DNA from: Candidatus Woesebacteria bacterium
Lineage (GTDB): Bacteria > Patescibacteriota > Microgenomatia > UBA8517
DNA: 64,000 nt
Assembly: GCA_013374835.1 (NCBI GenBank)
Contig: CP055307.1
Span: 471,315 to 535,314 of the forward strand
Direction of reading: 5' to 3'
Under the pieces are notes generated by a model, which did not search any database, had not been told where the DNA came from, and was given only the letters and a program-made list of their open reading frames with translations. Positions 25,602-34,615 of this stretch are shown piece by piece. Numbering within the stretch: the stretch's first letter is position 1; the number at the start of each line of letters is the position of its first letter. A program made the translations under genes and the position numbers.

Positions 25602-25847
25602 CCAGTATCTGGAAAAAATAGGAATCAACCATGAATTTATATATCCAAGATCACCCAAAATCAACGGTTACATTGAAAGATTCAACCGAACCTTCAAAGG
25701 GAATTCCTCTACAAGCATGAACTTGATATTCAAGAGGAAAAGTTCAGCGAGAAACTTACCAAATATCTAATCTGGTACAATACCAAAAGACCACATCAAT
25801 CTTTGAAAATGAAGCCACCAGTAGCATACATGCAGGAGTTTATTTGA
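25586..25847 (+). pseudogene. DDE transposase (rve integrase core, IS481/IS3-like) C-terminal remnant, frameshifted
   Basis: Hand translation gives ..GEFNQYLEKIGINHEFIYPRSPKINGYIERFNRTFKG, then a -1/+1 shift near 25703 (ggGAATTCCT), then EFLYKHELDIQEEKFSEKLTKYLIWYNTKRPHQSLKMKPPVAYMQEFI*. This is the classic P.SP..NG..ER.NRT.K...Y...RPH..L region. There is no N-terminal part, DDE core or inverted repeats. Confidence 0.6.
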
Positions 25848-25879
25848 TTTTCCGAAAAGTATGCGTCCTATACAAAAGA

Positions 25880-25907
25880 TTGCAAAATAAATATAATTTG
25901 GTATAAT
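25880..25907 (+). promoter_or_regulatory. Strong sigma70-like promoter upstream of the 25926 gene
   Basis: TTGCAA (25880-25885), a 16-nt spacer, then an extended -10 TGgTATAAT (25899-25907). Confidence 0.4.
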
Positions 25908-25925
25908 AGGACAGGATTTTGAAAT

Positions 25926-26594
25926 ATGGGAAAAGGATTGGAAAGGTTAAGAGAGTCAGTAACATTGGCAGTAGCAGGAGCAACTATCTCTCATGCTCCC
26001 CAAGCCCTAGCTTTACCCCAAAATCCAAATGAAAGAGGTATAGACAGTGGTCACATTCTTGATATTGGAATACCCCAAGATCCTTTTGAAATAGCAGGTA
26101 TTGTAATAAATGAAAATCCAGTTTCTCCTGAAAGGCAAAAAAGAATTTTGGATTTTACTATTAAGAATTTCATTCGAACTTTAGCTAGTATGAACTATTC
26201 AGGTTTTTCTCTGGAGATTGAGATTACTGACTTATATGGAGGAAAGCATCCTTTTTATTGTAGGCCAGAATATGAAGCTTGTCTTTGGTATCCTCCCCAA
26301 AATGAAGAAGGGGATGAGATGATGTACTCTGGCGCGGGAGATATTCCCCTAGAAAATCTAGATGTATATATTGGTACAGGTTCTGTAATCAGGCTTTTTC
26401 CTTACCCCGAAAAACCAGAAAAGCATATAAGGATCAATAAGGAAGAATTTGAGGGTGTTCTTAAGAATGTCTTTGGAAATATCGAACTCAATCTTCAAGA
26501 CGAAGGGTCTCTTGAAGGGGGATATCTTAAGGAAGGGGCTGAGTTTGTGGTTAATAACCCATATATTTTTCCACTTCCATATTTATCAGCTTAA
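25926..26594 (+). CDS. Hypothetical secreted protein
   Basis: 222 aa with a signal-peptide-like N-terminus. Confidence 0.45.
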   Translation: MGKGLERLRESVTLAVAGATISHAPQALALPQNPNERGIDSGHILDIGIPQDPFEIAGIVINENPVSPERQKRILDFTIKNFIRTLASMNYSGFSLEIEITDLYGGKHPFYCRPEYEACLWYPPQNEEGDEMMYSGAGDIPLENLDVYIGTGSVIRLFPYPEKPEKHIRINKEEFEGVLKNVFGNIELNLQDEGSLEGGYLKEGAEFVVNNPYIFPLPYLSA

Positions 26595-26659
26595 TTAAAT
26601 CCAGTTAGTTTATGTCTATCTAGTACATTAGTATCTGAGTATCTGGACTATGTTACAAT

Positions 26660-27160
26660 TTGTTTAATAAACCCGCCATGAAAAACGTTTTCTTAGAGAG
26701 AATAGTTCTTCTTCTTATAATAGCTACGGTTATATTCTTTATCCCTTTATTGTTTATCAATCTTAGATATTCTCGACTTCAAAATAAACACCTTTCTATA
26801 TCAAAAGGTACTTCTTCTTTGGCCGATTGGGCAAACAAAACTGCGACTGAATATCCTTATTATTCAATAGATAAATCTGGGACTTTTCTAAATCCTAACG
26901 ATGCAAGTAACCTTATCATTGCAGGCAAGATAAATAATATTGAAAAAAATAGATTAGAGATCAAAACCTTTTATGGTCTGTTTTTAGTTAATTTGAATTC
27001 GAATACCAAATATTTTTCCTGGAATAAAAAGCTTGGTATAAGCAGTACAAAAGAAAAAACTGTTGACGATTTCCAGGTGGGTACCCAAGTTTATGTCCGT
27101 TGTACAACTGATGGAGACAATTTAATTGCTCTAGATGTTCAAGAAATCCTGAATGAATAA
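26660..27160 (+). CDS. Hypothetical membrane-anchored protein
   Basis: 166 aa with an N-terminal TM helix. Confidence 0.45.
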   Translation: MFNKPAMKNVFLERIVLLLIIATVIFFIPLLFINLRYSRLQNKHLSISKGTSSLADWANKTATEYPYYSIDKSGTFLNPNDASNLIIAGKINNIEKNRLEIKTFYGLFLVNLNSNTKYFSWNKKLGISSTKEKTVDDFQVGTQVYVRCTTDGDNLIALDVQEILNE

Positions 27161-28256
27161 AATACAGATCAATATACTTAGTCTGTTCGTGATCCTAACA
27201 ACATTTACTTACTTATTTTTTCTATTGGCAAACTATAAACCCATAATTGCCCAGTGTGCCCAAGATTGTCAGGGTCACTTTGATCCTACAGGATCTCAAT
27301 GTCCGGAAGATCTTTTCAAATGTGTGCGAGAGAACATAAGTGGATACTGTGGCATAATAGGGGGTGGATGCAATTGTCTCGTTCCCATAAATTGTGCGCC
27401 AATTTGTGCAATCTCCTCATGCGGCGACATTGATTATGTACAGGTACCAGCTCCAGCTTCTTGTTGTGGAGTTACCCCTTCTCCCCCTCCATCTCCCACT
27501 CCAACCACTGCTCCAGGTGGAAGTGGTGGCTGTGGCTCTTGTAGTAGCTGTGGTCATCCCACTTCAGAATGTGTCCTCTGGGAAGGAAATTGTGTATGGG
27601 ATCCAGCAAGGTGTGCACCCAGTGGAGGTGGTTCAGCCCCTCAGTGGTGTCTTTTGGGAAGAGTTGAAAGTGGAACATTTGACATCTCAACAGCATACTT
27701 CAGAAGAGGGATTCTCCCTGATTGTAGTAGAATAAAAGTTAATAACTGCTACCTTCAAGTTAATCCTCCAGAAGCAGATTTTAAAGTTCTCTGGACAGTT
27801 AATGATACAAATGTAGTAAGGATTAGAAATGCTCCCTGGGGTGGACCAATAATAAATCCTTCAACAAGCGGGCCTTACTATTATATGTATTTCAGACCAG
27901 TATCAGCAGGACAAACAAGAATATATGCAAGAGGCTTGGTAAATGGAGTAGAGCGCTGCCATTCAAGTGCATTAATTACAATAACAGATTCATCTGAAAC
28001 GCCACTGCCAACACCTTCTCCCACACCCAGTCCCACACCACCCCCTTCTCCAAGTTGCAGCATTTCTCTTAACCCAAGCTCACTAACAAGAAATATTGGC
28101 CAGAGTGCTACTTTAAATGCTTCAATAAGCGTTAGAAACGGATCAGTTTCTTTTGTTTCTTTTTCCTCCAGCAACAGCTCAATAGCAAATGTGGTTTCAC
28201 CTGATTTTTCCTTTCCTTTTAATACCGAATTACCGCCATTTCCCCAGGAACTGTAA
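27153..28256 (+). CDS. Surface protein, N-terminal part: Cys-rich domain, Pro/Ser/Thr linkers and a Big_2-like domain. Interrupted by a frameshift.
   Basis: N-terminal TM/signal, a Cys-rich module, PSPTPT linkers, then SLNPSSLTRNIGQSATLNASISV..SSSNSSIANVVSP, a Big_2-like pattern that breaks off before the expected ..TAISPGTVTIT. Confidence 0.5.
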   Translation: MNKIQINILSLFVILTTFTYLFFLLANYKPIIAQCAQDCQGHFDPTGSQCPEDLFKCVRENISGYCGIIGGGCNCLVPINCAPICAISSCGDIDYVQVPAPASCCGVTPSPPPSPTPTTAPGGSGGCGSCSSCGHPTSECVLWEGNCVWDPARCAPSGGGSAPQWCLLGRVESGTFDISTAYFRRGILPDCSRIKVNNCYLQVNPPEADFKVLWTVNDTNVVRIRNAPWGGPIINPSTSGPYYYMYFRPVSAGQTRIYARGLVNGVERCHSSALITITDSSETPLPTPSPTPSPTPPPSPSCSISLNPSSLTRNIGQSATLNASISVRNGSVSFVSFSSSNSSIANVVSPDFSFPFNTELPPFPQEL

Positions 28257-29311
28257 CAATAACAGGAACAGTATATGTTAATGGCAGTCCAACCTGCTCA
28301 GATACAGCATCCTTTACTGTTTCAGCCCCAAGCTGTACTCTTAACCTTCTTCCAGATCCTTTAAATATGGTTATAGGTGAACAAAGGGAAATAGCAGCCA
28401 TAGCAAACGGAACAAACGGCACTGTCTCAGAAGTAAGATTTAGAATTGAAAACCCATCCTTAGCTAGTGCTACATCCCCTGATACATCCCAGCCTTTTAG
28501 ATCAGACATAACAGCCCTTTCAATAGGAAACACAAGAATAATAGGGGAGGGGGTTATGTATGGAGTAGTCCGCTGTCAGGATACATCAACCCTAAACATA
28601 CAAGCCCCAGACCCATGGATACAAGCAAAAGAAGGAGATGTAATATCAGGCACAGGGGATCTTGACTCACCCATACCGCCAACATGTACACCCCCAGCTT
28701 GCAACCCAGTGTTCATTCTAACTGGTTCTGGGGGTACACCAGGTGTTGGTATCTATGGAGGAAGAAGAGCAGACTTCTCAGCACAGGCAGATTCAAGGGG
28801 GATTGTCTCAGAAACCCTCTGGCTTGCAAATTCAATTTCAAATATAAAAACAGACTATTCCTACCGTCTTTTCCAAACATTGATTCCAACCCGCATTTTA
28901 GTAACCTCCATAAGCAGTTCAGCCATCTCAAACCTCTCTGGAGCAAGATCAGACGCTGAAGGATACGAATGGTACAGAAGAAATGGAAACTTAACAATAA
29001 ACGGAAACATAACAATATCAGGTGGAAGAAAGGTAGTCCTTATGGTAGAGGGGAATCTAACAATAGCAGGAAGGATAACTCTGGCAAATCCTTCCCAAGA
29101 CTTTTTTATGGCAATAGTAGGTGGAAATACCACAGTAATCCCATCAGTAACAAGCCCAGCAAATGAATATGCTCTTGAGGGGGTTTTCTACACCCAGGGT
29201 GAATTTGAAACAGCCTCTTCCTACCCAAATCCTGATTCACCTCTTAAAATACACGGATCTGTATACGCCCAGAGTGTTTCACTTAAAGGGATCTTAGAGA
29301 GGGAAATGTAA
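28223..29311 (+). CDS. Surface protein, C-terminal part (continues the 27153 gene in the -1 frame): a further Big_2-like domain and a beta-rich C-terminal domain
   Basis: The -1 frame is open from 28223 and reads YRITAISPGTVTITGTVYVNGSPTCSD..., which is exactly the missing end of the Big_2 domain. A second Big_2-like repeat follows (NLLPDPLNMVIGEQREIAAIANGTNGTVSEV..). Confidence 0.5.
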   Translation, partial: YRITAISPGTVTITGTVYVNGSPTCSDTASFTVSAPSCTLNLLPDPLNMVIGEQREIAAIANGTNGTVSEVRFRIENPSLASATSPDTSQPFRSDITALSIGNTRIIGEGVMYGVVRCQDTSTLNIQAPDPWIQAKEGDVISGTGDLDSPIPPTCTPPACNPVFILTGSGGTPGVGIYGGRRADFSAQADSRGIVSETLWLANSISNIKTDYSYRLFQTLIPTRILVTSISSSAISNLSGARSDAEGYEWYRRNGNLTINGNITISGGRKVVLMVEGNLTIAGRITLANPSQDFFMAIVGGNTTVIPSVTSPANEYALEGVFYTQGEFETASSYPNPDSPLKIHGSVYAQSVSLKGILEREM

Positions 29312-29430
29312 ATACCCCTGCAGAATCCTTCACATATTCACCTGAAATACTCTGGAATTACCCCAGAACCTTAAACAAAAAGAAAATTAGATGGAAAGAA
29401 GTGGCGCCATAGTGTAATATTTAAGTAAAC

Positions 29431-29943
29431 ATGGATTTTCATTTTTGGTATGACGAATCCGGTAAAAGCAGAAGCCTTCAAAGATTTGTACCTTTAGATT
29501 TTATTAAAAAGTTTTTACCTGTTTTTGTTTTGTTCTTTTTTCTTCCTTTTTTGGTGATGCTTGTTATGAGGCCGTCGGAGTTTAGATTTATCGGTAGAGC
29601 AGACCAGAATGATGAATTAAGGGTGTGGCTTGAACCTTCTACTGTTGTAATGGAAAGTGGTGATAGTACTACTTTGAAGGTGGTTGCTTCGTTTGAGCAT
29701 GAGTCTCGAGTAATTCCTGCTTTAACATACAAAGTAGTGCCTGTTGGATTTTTGAAGTCCGACAAAATGGATTTTAGATATCAAAAGCCGTTTAGAGGGC
29801 AGGTGACTCTTAGCGAGGTGGTGATTACGGGATTGCAGACCGGAGATTATGAAGTAAGTATGCCTAAAGAGAGTATTGAGGTGGAAAATTATAATTACCC
29901 TTTGGAAATAGTTACTTCTTCTTCCAGAATTATAGTAAAGTAA
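29431..29943 (+). CDS. Hypothetical membrane protein
   Basis: 170 aa with an N-terminal TM helix. Confidence 0.4.
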   Translation: MDFHFWYDESGKSRSLQRFVPLDFIKKFLPVFVLFFFLPFLVMLVMRPSEFRFIGRADQNDELRVWLEPSTVVMESGDSTTLKVVASFEHESRVIPALTYKVVPVGFLKSDKMDFRYQKPFRGQVTLSEVVITGLQTGDYEVSMPKESIEVENYNYPLEIVTSSSRIIVK

Positions 29944-29947
29944 ATAT

Positions 29948-30379
29948 ATGAAGGGTTTTACACTTGTTGAGATGCTAATAGTAGTTGCTATTATTGGAAT
30001 TTTTATGATTCCACTTCTTATTACATACAGATCTTCACAAAACAACCAGAAGTTGAGGGTAGTTGCCGAGGAATTTGCAGACCAGGTTAGAACTGTTCAT
30101 ATTTATGCAAGAGACGCTAAAGATAAAAAATCATGGGGAATTAAGCTTTCAGACAATGGTTATTCTTTGCTTTCGGGCAGGGCCGATTCTTACAAAGTAG
30201 ATAAATCTTTTAGTCTTGGCAAAAATATTGAATTTGAAAAAGATCAACTTGTGTGGTTTGAGATCGGTACGGGACAGACAGACCGAGATTATGAGGTGGT
30301 TATTGTCGATACGCGCGGAAAGAAAATTGCGGTAAAGATAAGTAAAAACGGTATTGTTGAAGTGGGGGATTTGGAATGA
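29948..30379 (+). CDS. Prepilin-type pseudopilin (GspH/FimT-like minor pilin)
   Basis: MKGFTLVEMLIVVAIIGIFMIP is a class III signal. Confidence 0.65.
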   Translation: MKGFTLVEMLIVVAIIGIFMIPLLITYRSSQNNQKLRVVAEEFADQVRTVHIYARDAKDKKSWGIKLSDNGYSLLSGRADSYKVDKSFSLGKNIEFEKDQLVWFEIGTGQTDRDYEVVIVDTRGKKIAVKISKNGIVEVGDLE

Positions 30380-30858
30380 GGAAGAGTGGATATCTGATTA
30401 TTGAGATACTTATTTCTATAGTAATTTTTATGACGGTTGTAGTAGCGATATTTTCAAATATCGCTACTGTTATGGTTAGGACGAAAAGATCTGGTCTTAC
30501 ATTTGAGGCGGGTCTTTTGCTTCAAGAGGAGATTGAAGCAACTTATAACATTTTTCTTCGGGATTGGACTGTTTATCCTGATGGAGAATATTATCCTGCG
30601 ATTAATACCTCGCTTGGCGAGTGGACTTTGCTTGATGGAATAGAGAACAATGTGAGAACAAGGTACAGCAGAAAAGTTGAGATTGAGACTGTTTGCAGAA
30701 GACCACAGTCACATCCTGATTCCGGAAAGATAGTTGATTGTATTGCCGGTGAGGTGGATTTAAACAGCAAGCTTATCCGCGGTGTGGTTGAGTGGGTTGA
30801 AAAAGGAGAAAATAAAAAGGTTGAGACAGAGATTTTGCTTGTAAGGACAAATATATGA
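30376..30858 (+). CDS. Minor pilin, PilV-like
   Basis: Pilin-like N-terminus SGYLIIEILISIVIFMTVVVAIF. Confidence 0.5.
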   Translation: MRKSGYLIIEILISIVIFMTVVVAIFSNIATVMVRTKRSGLTFEAGLLLQEEIEATYNIFLRDWTVYPDGEYYPAINTSLGEWTLLDGIENNVRTRYSRKVEIETVCRRPQSHPDSGKIVDCIAGEVDLNSKLIRGVVEWVEKGENKKVETEILLVRTNI

Positions 30859-31307
30859 ATGAAAAAGGTTTAACAATAGTTGAAATGATTATCGGTATGA
30901 CGATTTCTGTAATTATTCTTATGATTTCGACAAGTATGATGGTAAATATTTTTTACAAAGACACTAAAAGCAAGCAATCCGAGATACTTTCTCAGGTTAA
31001 AAATGACTTGCAGTCCGAGATAACTGTGGGCGTTAGATGGGCGGAGACTTTGTCTTTTTCGGATAATGAGCTTGTCGTTGACAACAGTATTTATAGACTT
31101 AACGATGGGGTGATTGAAAAAAACGGGGAGGCGATTACACCGTCATCTGTTTATATTGAGGAGTTTGAAATTGATGATTTTTCCACTACGCTGCAACAAA
31201 AAAGCCTGAGAGTTAATATAGCTATGAGACACAGGGATTTTTCTTCCGTATCGGATAGTTTGGAAGTAGTTGTTTCGCAAAGAAAGATGGAAATAGAAGA
31301 GCAATGA
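30855..31307 (+). CDS. Minor pilin, PilW-like
   Basis: Pilin-like N-terminus KGLTIVEMIIGMTISVIILMI. Confidence 0.5.
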   Translation: MNEKGLTIVEMIIGMTISVIILMISTSMMVNIFYKDTKSKQSEILSQVKNDLQSEITVGVRWAETLSFSDNELVVDNSIYRLNDGVIEKNGEAITPSSVYIEEFEIDDFSTTLQQKSLRVNIAMRHRDFSSVSDSLEVVVSQRKMEIEEQ

Positions 31308-32476
31308 TAAATAAAGGAGCGGTTACTCTTATATACATGGCTTTGGTTACTTTGATATCGGTGTTAATCCTTACCGTGGGTTATTCGAGGTTTATGCTTT
31401 CTTTGAGAAGAAGCGAAGCTTTTGCCGATACTATAGAGACATCTTATAGGGCAGAGAGCGAGATTAATAATCTTTTAGCCCAGCTGGTTGGTGGGTATTT
31501 AACTGAGGCGAATTTTCCAATAAGCGAATCAATGGCTTTTGGAGATACTAGGGTTGAGATCGAAGCAAGGATTGAAGATAACTCTCAAATAATCGATGTG
31601 ACTGCCTCCAGATTTTTCGCAGTAAATAAGATTAGGGCCGTAAGGGTGGCGTATGGTTCGGGTTTTTTTAATGATGCAGAGATCATTATTGCTCTTGATT
31701 GTACCGGAAGTATGGGTAATTCTTCAGGTTCTTCTGAAGGAACATCTCGGTTGCAGGAGCAGACAAAGGCGGTTCTTGGCTTTATTGATAACTTAGCTGT
31801 TAGTGATTATGCTGGAAATGTGAGAATGGGAGTTGCTGTTTTCGGCCGAAACTCGAATTGGCTTAGGAGTGTCTCTGGACAACAAGTTAGGCCTGACGCG
31901 GGCATGACTGTCGCTGAGGTGAGGCAGGCTGTATACAGTGGTTTTACTTATCCTTCGGGAAGTGGAAATCTGGCAAGAAGCAGGAGCCAAAGCATTTGTG
32001 ACGAACTGGTGGAGGACTATACAAATATTGGCGCTGGATTTAATATTATGAATAATTATTTTGAAAATAATCCTCCTCCAAGTGGTAATGCTAAACGGGT
32101 AGAGATATTAATAAGCGACGGCGAGCCTAATACTTATATTAGGGAGAGTGTCTGCCTTAACAGGCCAACATGTGTTCCTTGTTCAGGAAACTCTTTTCCC
32201 TTGGATTATTTAAAGTGTACGTTAGCAGATCAGAATACAGAGTGGACTGGCGGGAGGACGGGCATGAGAAATCCCTTGGTTGATTCTTATGTAGTGACTG
32301 TGTTGCATAACCCTCCGGCCGCTGTTGTTTCTGCGATACAAACTTATTCGACAGAATATTACAATGCAATATATGCTTATCAGTTAAGTGAAATACTGGA
32401 TAGAATTTTTGAAAGTATATCAACAAGTTTTGCCCGGACAACAATATCTAGGATAATACCCATTTCTGAGGAGTAG
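31304..32476 (+). CDS. PilX-like N-terminus fused to a vWA domain (putative pilus tip or adhesin protein)
   Basis: N-terminal hydrophobic helix followed by the PilX-like SRFMLSLRRSEAFADTIETSYRAESEI. The MIDAS-like IIIALDCTGSMGNSSG (DxTxS) is a vWA motif. Confidence 0.55.
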   Translation: MINKGAVTLIYMALVTLISVLILTVGYSRFMLSLRRSEAFADTIETSYRAESEINNLLAQLVGGYLTEANFPISESMAFGDTRVEIEARIEDNSQIIDVTASRFFAVNKIRAVRVAYGSGFFNDAEIIIALDCTGSMGNSSGSSEGTSRLQEQTKAVLGFIDNLAVSDYAGNVRMGVAVFGRNSNWLRSVSGQQVRPDAGMTVAEVRQAVYSGFTYPSGSGNLARSRSQSICDELVEDYTNIGAGFNIMNNYFENNPPPSGNAKRVEILISDGEPNTYIRESVCLNRPTCVPCSGNSFPLDYLKCTLADQNTEWTGGRTGMRNPLVDSYVVTVLHNPPAAVVSAIQTYSTEYYNAIYAYQLSEILDRIFESISTSFARTTISRIIPISEE

Positions 32477-32509
32477 ACAAAGAAGTGAAAACTTATTATA
32501 TTTAAACCT

Positions 32510-32893
32510 ATGCTACAGCGAGACTCGGGTGCTAAAACCATCTTGATAGTTGAGGATGATCCCTTGTTGATTAAGATGTATAAAACAAAGTTTGTATCAG
32601 AGGGTTATAACGTGTTTACCGCTTTTGATGGGGAGATGGGCCTATCTTTGGCGCTTGAAAAAAGACCTGATTTGATAATACTTGATGTGATGATGCCAAA
32701 GCTTTCGGGGATTGATATGCTTAAAAAGCTTAAGAGCGATGCATACGGAATAAATGTTCCGGTAATTATTCTTTCAAATCTTTCTCAGGAAGAGGAGGCA
32801 AAAAAGGCGTTTGAGTATGGAGCTAAAGAATATCTTGTAAAGGCTAATTTTACACCCGGACAGGTATTTGAAAAAGTTAAACAATATATATGA
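32510..32893 (+). CDS. Single-domain response regulator (CheY-like receiver)
   Basis: ILIVEDDPLLIKMY...DLIILDVMMPKLSGIDMLKKLK; the phospho-acceptor Asp and the conserved Lys are present. Confidence 0.8.
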   Translation: MLQRDSGAKTILIVEDDPLLIKMYKTKFVSEGYNVFTAFDGEMGLSLALEKRPDLIILDVMMPKLSGIDMLKKLKSDAYGINVPVIILSNLSQEEEAKKAFEYGAKEYLVKANFTPGQVFEKVKQYI

Positions 32894-33825
32894 AACCTGC
32901 CTTGTTGTTAAATAGTTTAAGCCATTTTTTGATACCACAGAGCTCGAATAATAATAAAGCTCGGGCACTTCATTTACCTTATTTAACTATTTTTTTGTTG
33001 GTTATTCTTTGGATACAGAGTTTTATTAGTTTTAGCTCTACTTCTAAGATTGGGATATTGGGATATGCATCTCAAATATCGCCTGATGAGGTGGTTAGGC
33101 TTGCAAACGAGAAGAGGGTTAGCGAGGGGCTTAGTCCCCTAAGACAAGATTCTTTACTTTCTCAAGCTGCTTTGGCTAAGGGGACGGATATGCTTAATCG
33201 TGATTATTGGTCGCATGTGGCGCCGGATGGGACCGAGCCTTGGGTCTTTTTTGCCAAAGTGGGGTATGAATATAAATATGCCGGAGAAAATCTGGCGCGT
33301 GATTTTTCGAATCCAAAGGATGCGGTTGATGCATGGATTGCCTCTCCGACACACCGGGCAAATATACTCTCGCCTAAATATAACGATATTGGCGTAGCTG
33401 TTGTTGAGGGTGAACTTGACGGAGTTAACACTACTATTATTGTTCAACTTTTTGGTACAAAGATGGGAGATGTCGCTCCGGTTGTACCTGTTGCCGCTGC
33501 AAGTAGCGATGAGCTTGTGAGTTCGGCTTTAGCTCAAGAGTCGGGTGATGAATTGGTAATGGCTAATCTTCCTGAGGACGTTTCTTATGTAGCTTCTTTT
33601 AGCGAAGATATTAGCAAGAATGGTTTTAAAATAAATCCACATAGTCTTACAAAATACGTATCGCTGATTGTAGTTTCAATAGTTTTTGTTGCGTTGGTTG
33701 TCGATGCGGCGGCGGTTTCTATGAAAGGCATACAAAGGGTGTCCGGAAGGCCTTTTGCACACATTTCTTTTATTGGTATGGTGATTGCTATTATAATTAT
33801 TGCTAAGGCGGGTGAAATTTTCTAG
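32890..33825 (+). CDS. CAP/SCP/PR-1 domain protein with a C-terminal membrane anchor
   Basis: YWSHVAPDG...YAGENLARDFSNPKDAVDAWIASPTHRANILSPKYNDIGVAVVEG is the CAP-domain signature. There is a TM helix near the C-terminus. Confidence 0.65.
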   Translation: MKPALLLNSLSHFLIPQSSNNNKARALHLPYLTIFLLVILWIQSFISFSSTSKIGILGYASQISPDEVVRLANEKRVSEGLSPLRQDSLLSQAALAKGTDMLNRDYWSHVAPDGTEPWVFFAKVGYEYKYAGENLARDFSNPKDAVDAWIASPTHRANILSPKYNDIGVAVVEGELDGVNTTIIVQLFGTKMGDVAPVVPVAAASSDELVSSALAQESGDELVMANLPEDVSYVASFSEDISKNGFKINPHSLTKYVSLIVVSIVFVALVVDAAAVSMKGIQRVSGRPFAHISFIGMVIAIIIIAKAGEIF

Positions 33826-33828
33826 ACA

Positions 33829-34101
33829 ATGAGTACCAGATCCAAAAAATTCGCAAGACATCTTCCTCATTATTTGCCGCTATTGGGTATTTTTACTGCA
33901 GGGGCATTAGCTTTTTTTGTTTTTTCTTATGATAAACAGTTTCAGGCGGGGGTCGTTTTGTCTGTTGCTATATCACATTTTGTTTGGGGAGTTGTACACC
34001 ATCACATTCATGGAGATTTGTCCATGGAAGTAGTTCTTGAATATTTGGCCATTTCGCTTCTTGGGCTTTCAGTAATCCTTTCGTTAATTTTTAGATCATG
34101 A
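33829..34101 (+). CDS. Small membrane protein
   Basis: 90 aa with 2-3 TM helices and a HHHIHGD His cluster. Confidence 0.3.
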   Translation: MSTRSKKFARHLPHYLPLLGIFTAGALAFFVFSYDKQFQAGVVLSVAISHFVWGVVHHHIHGDLSMEVVLEYLAISLLGLSVILSLIFRS

Positions 34102-34117
34102 CGGTGGTATAATCAGT

Positions 34118-34615
34118 TTGTTTATGAAAAAAAAGCGGTATATGAGTCCATCTGAGGGTGTGGTTACTACCAAAGGTATGATTGATAGTATATCCAGATT
34201 TATTAAAGAGGAGCCATCGAGTTTTTATAGACTTGTGATTGGAACAGATTCGCAAACAAGAAAGATTAACGGGCATAGCGAGTGTGACTATGTAACCGCA
34301 ATTGTGATACATAGGCTTGGGAGGGGGGCTAAATATTTTTGGAGGAAGGAGAAGGATAAACCTTCAGTCTTACGGCAAAAAATTTATTTTGAGACCATGA
34401 GATCGCTTGATACTGCACATGAAATAGTTCCTCAAATTCGTGAGATGGTTTCTCCTTCCACTTATGATCTTGAGATACATATTGACGTTGGATCTCTTGG
34501 GCCAACGCGAGAAATGATACGCGAAGTGGTGGGGATAGTCACCGGTAATGGCTTTGTTGCAAAAACTAAGCCCGAAAGTTGGGCGGCAAGCAGTGTTGCA
34601 GATAAACATACATGA
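34118..34615 (+). CDS. YkuK/DUF458-like RNase H-fold protein (tentative)
   Basis: 165 aa. LVIGTDSQ...YVTAIVIHRLGRGAKYF resembles the YkuK family. Confidence 0.3.
   Translation: MFMKKKRYMSPSEGVVTTKGMIDSISRFIKEEPSSFYRLVIGTDSQTRKINGHSECDYVTAIVIHRLGRGAKYFWRKEKDKPSVLRQKIYFETMRSLDTAHEIVPQIREMVSPSTYDLEIHIDVGSLGPTREMIREVVGIVTGNGFVAKTKPESWAASSVADKHT

Noticed and set aside
27394-28174. ORFs 27394-27735 (+), 27472-27696 (-) and 27881-28174 (-) within the Cys/Pro-rich surface protein gene
   Set aside because: These are alternative frames of a compositionally biased, PT-rich coding region.
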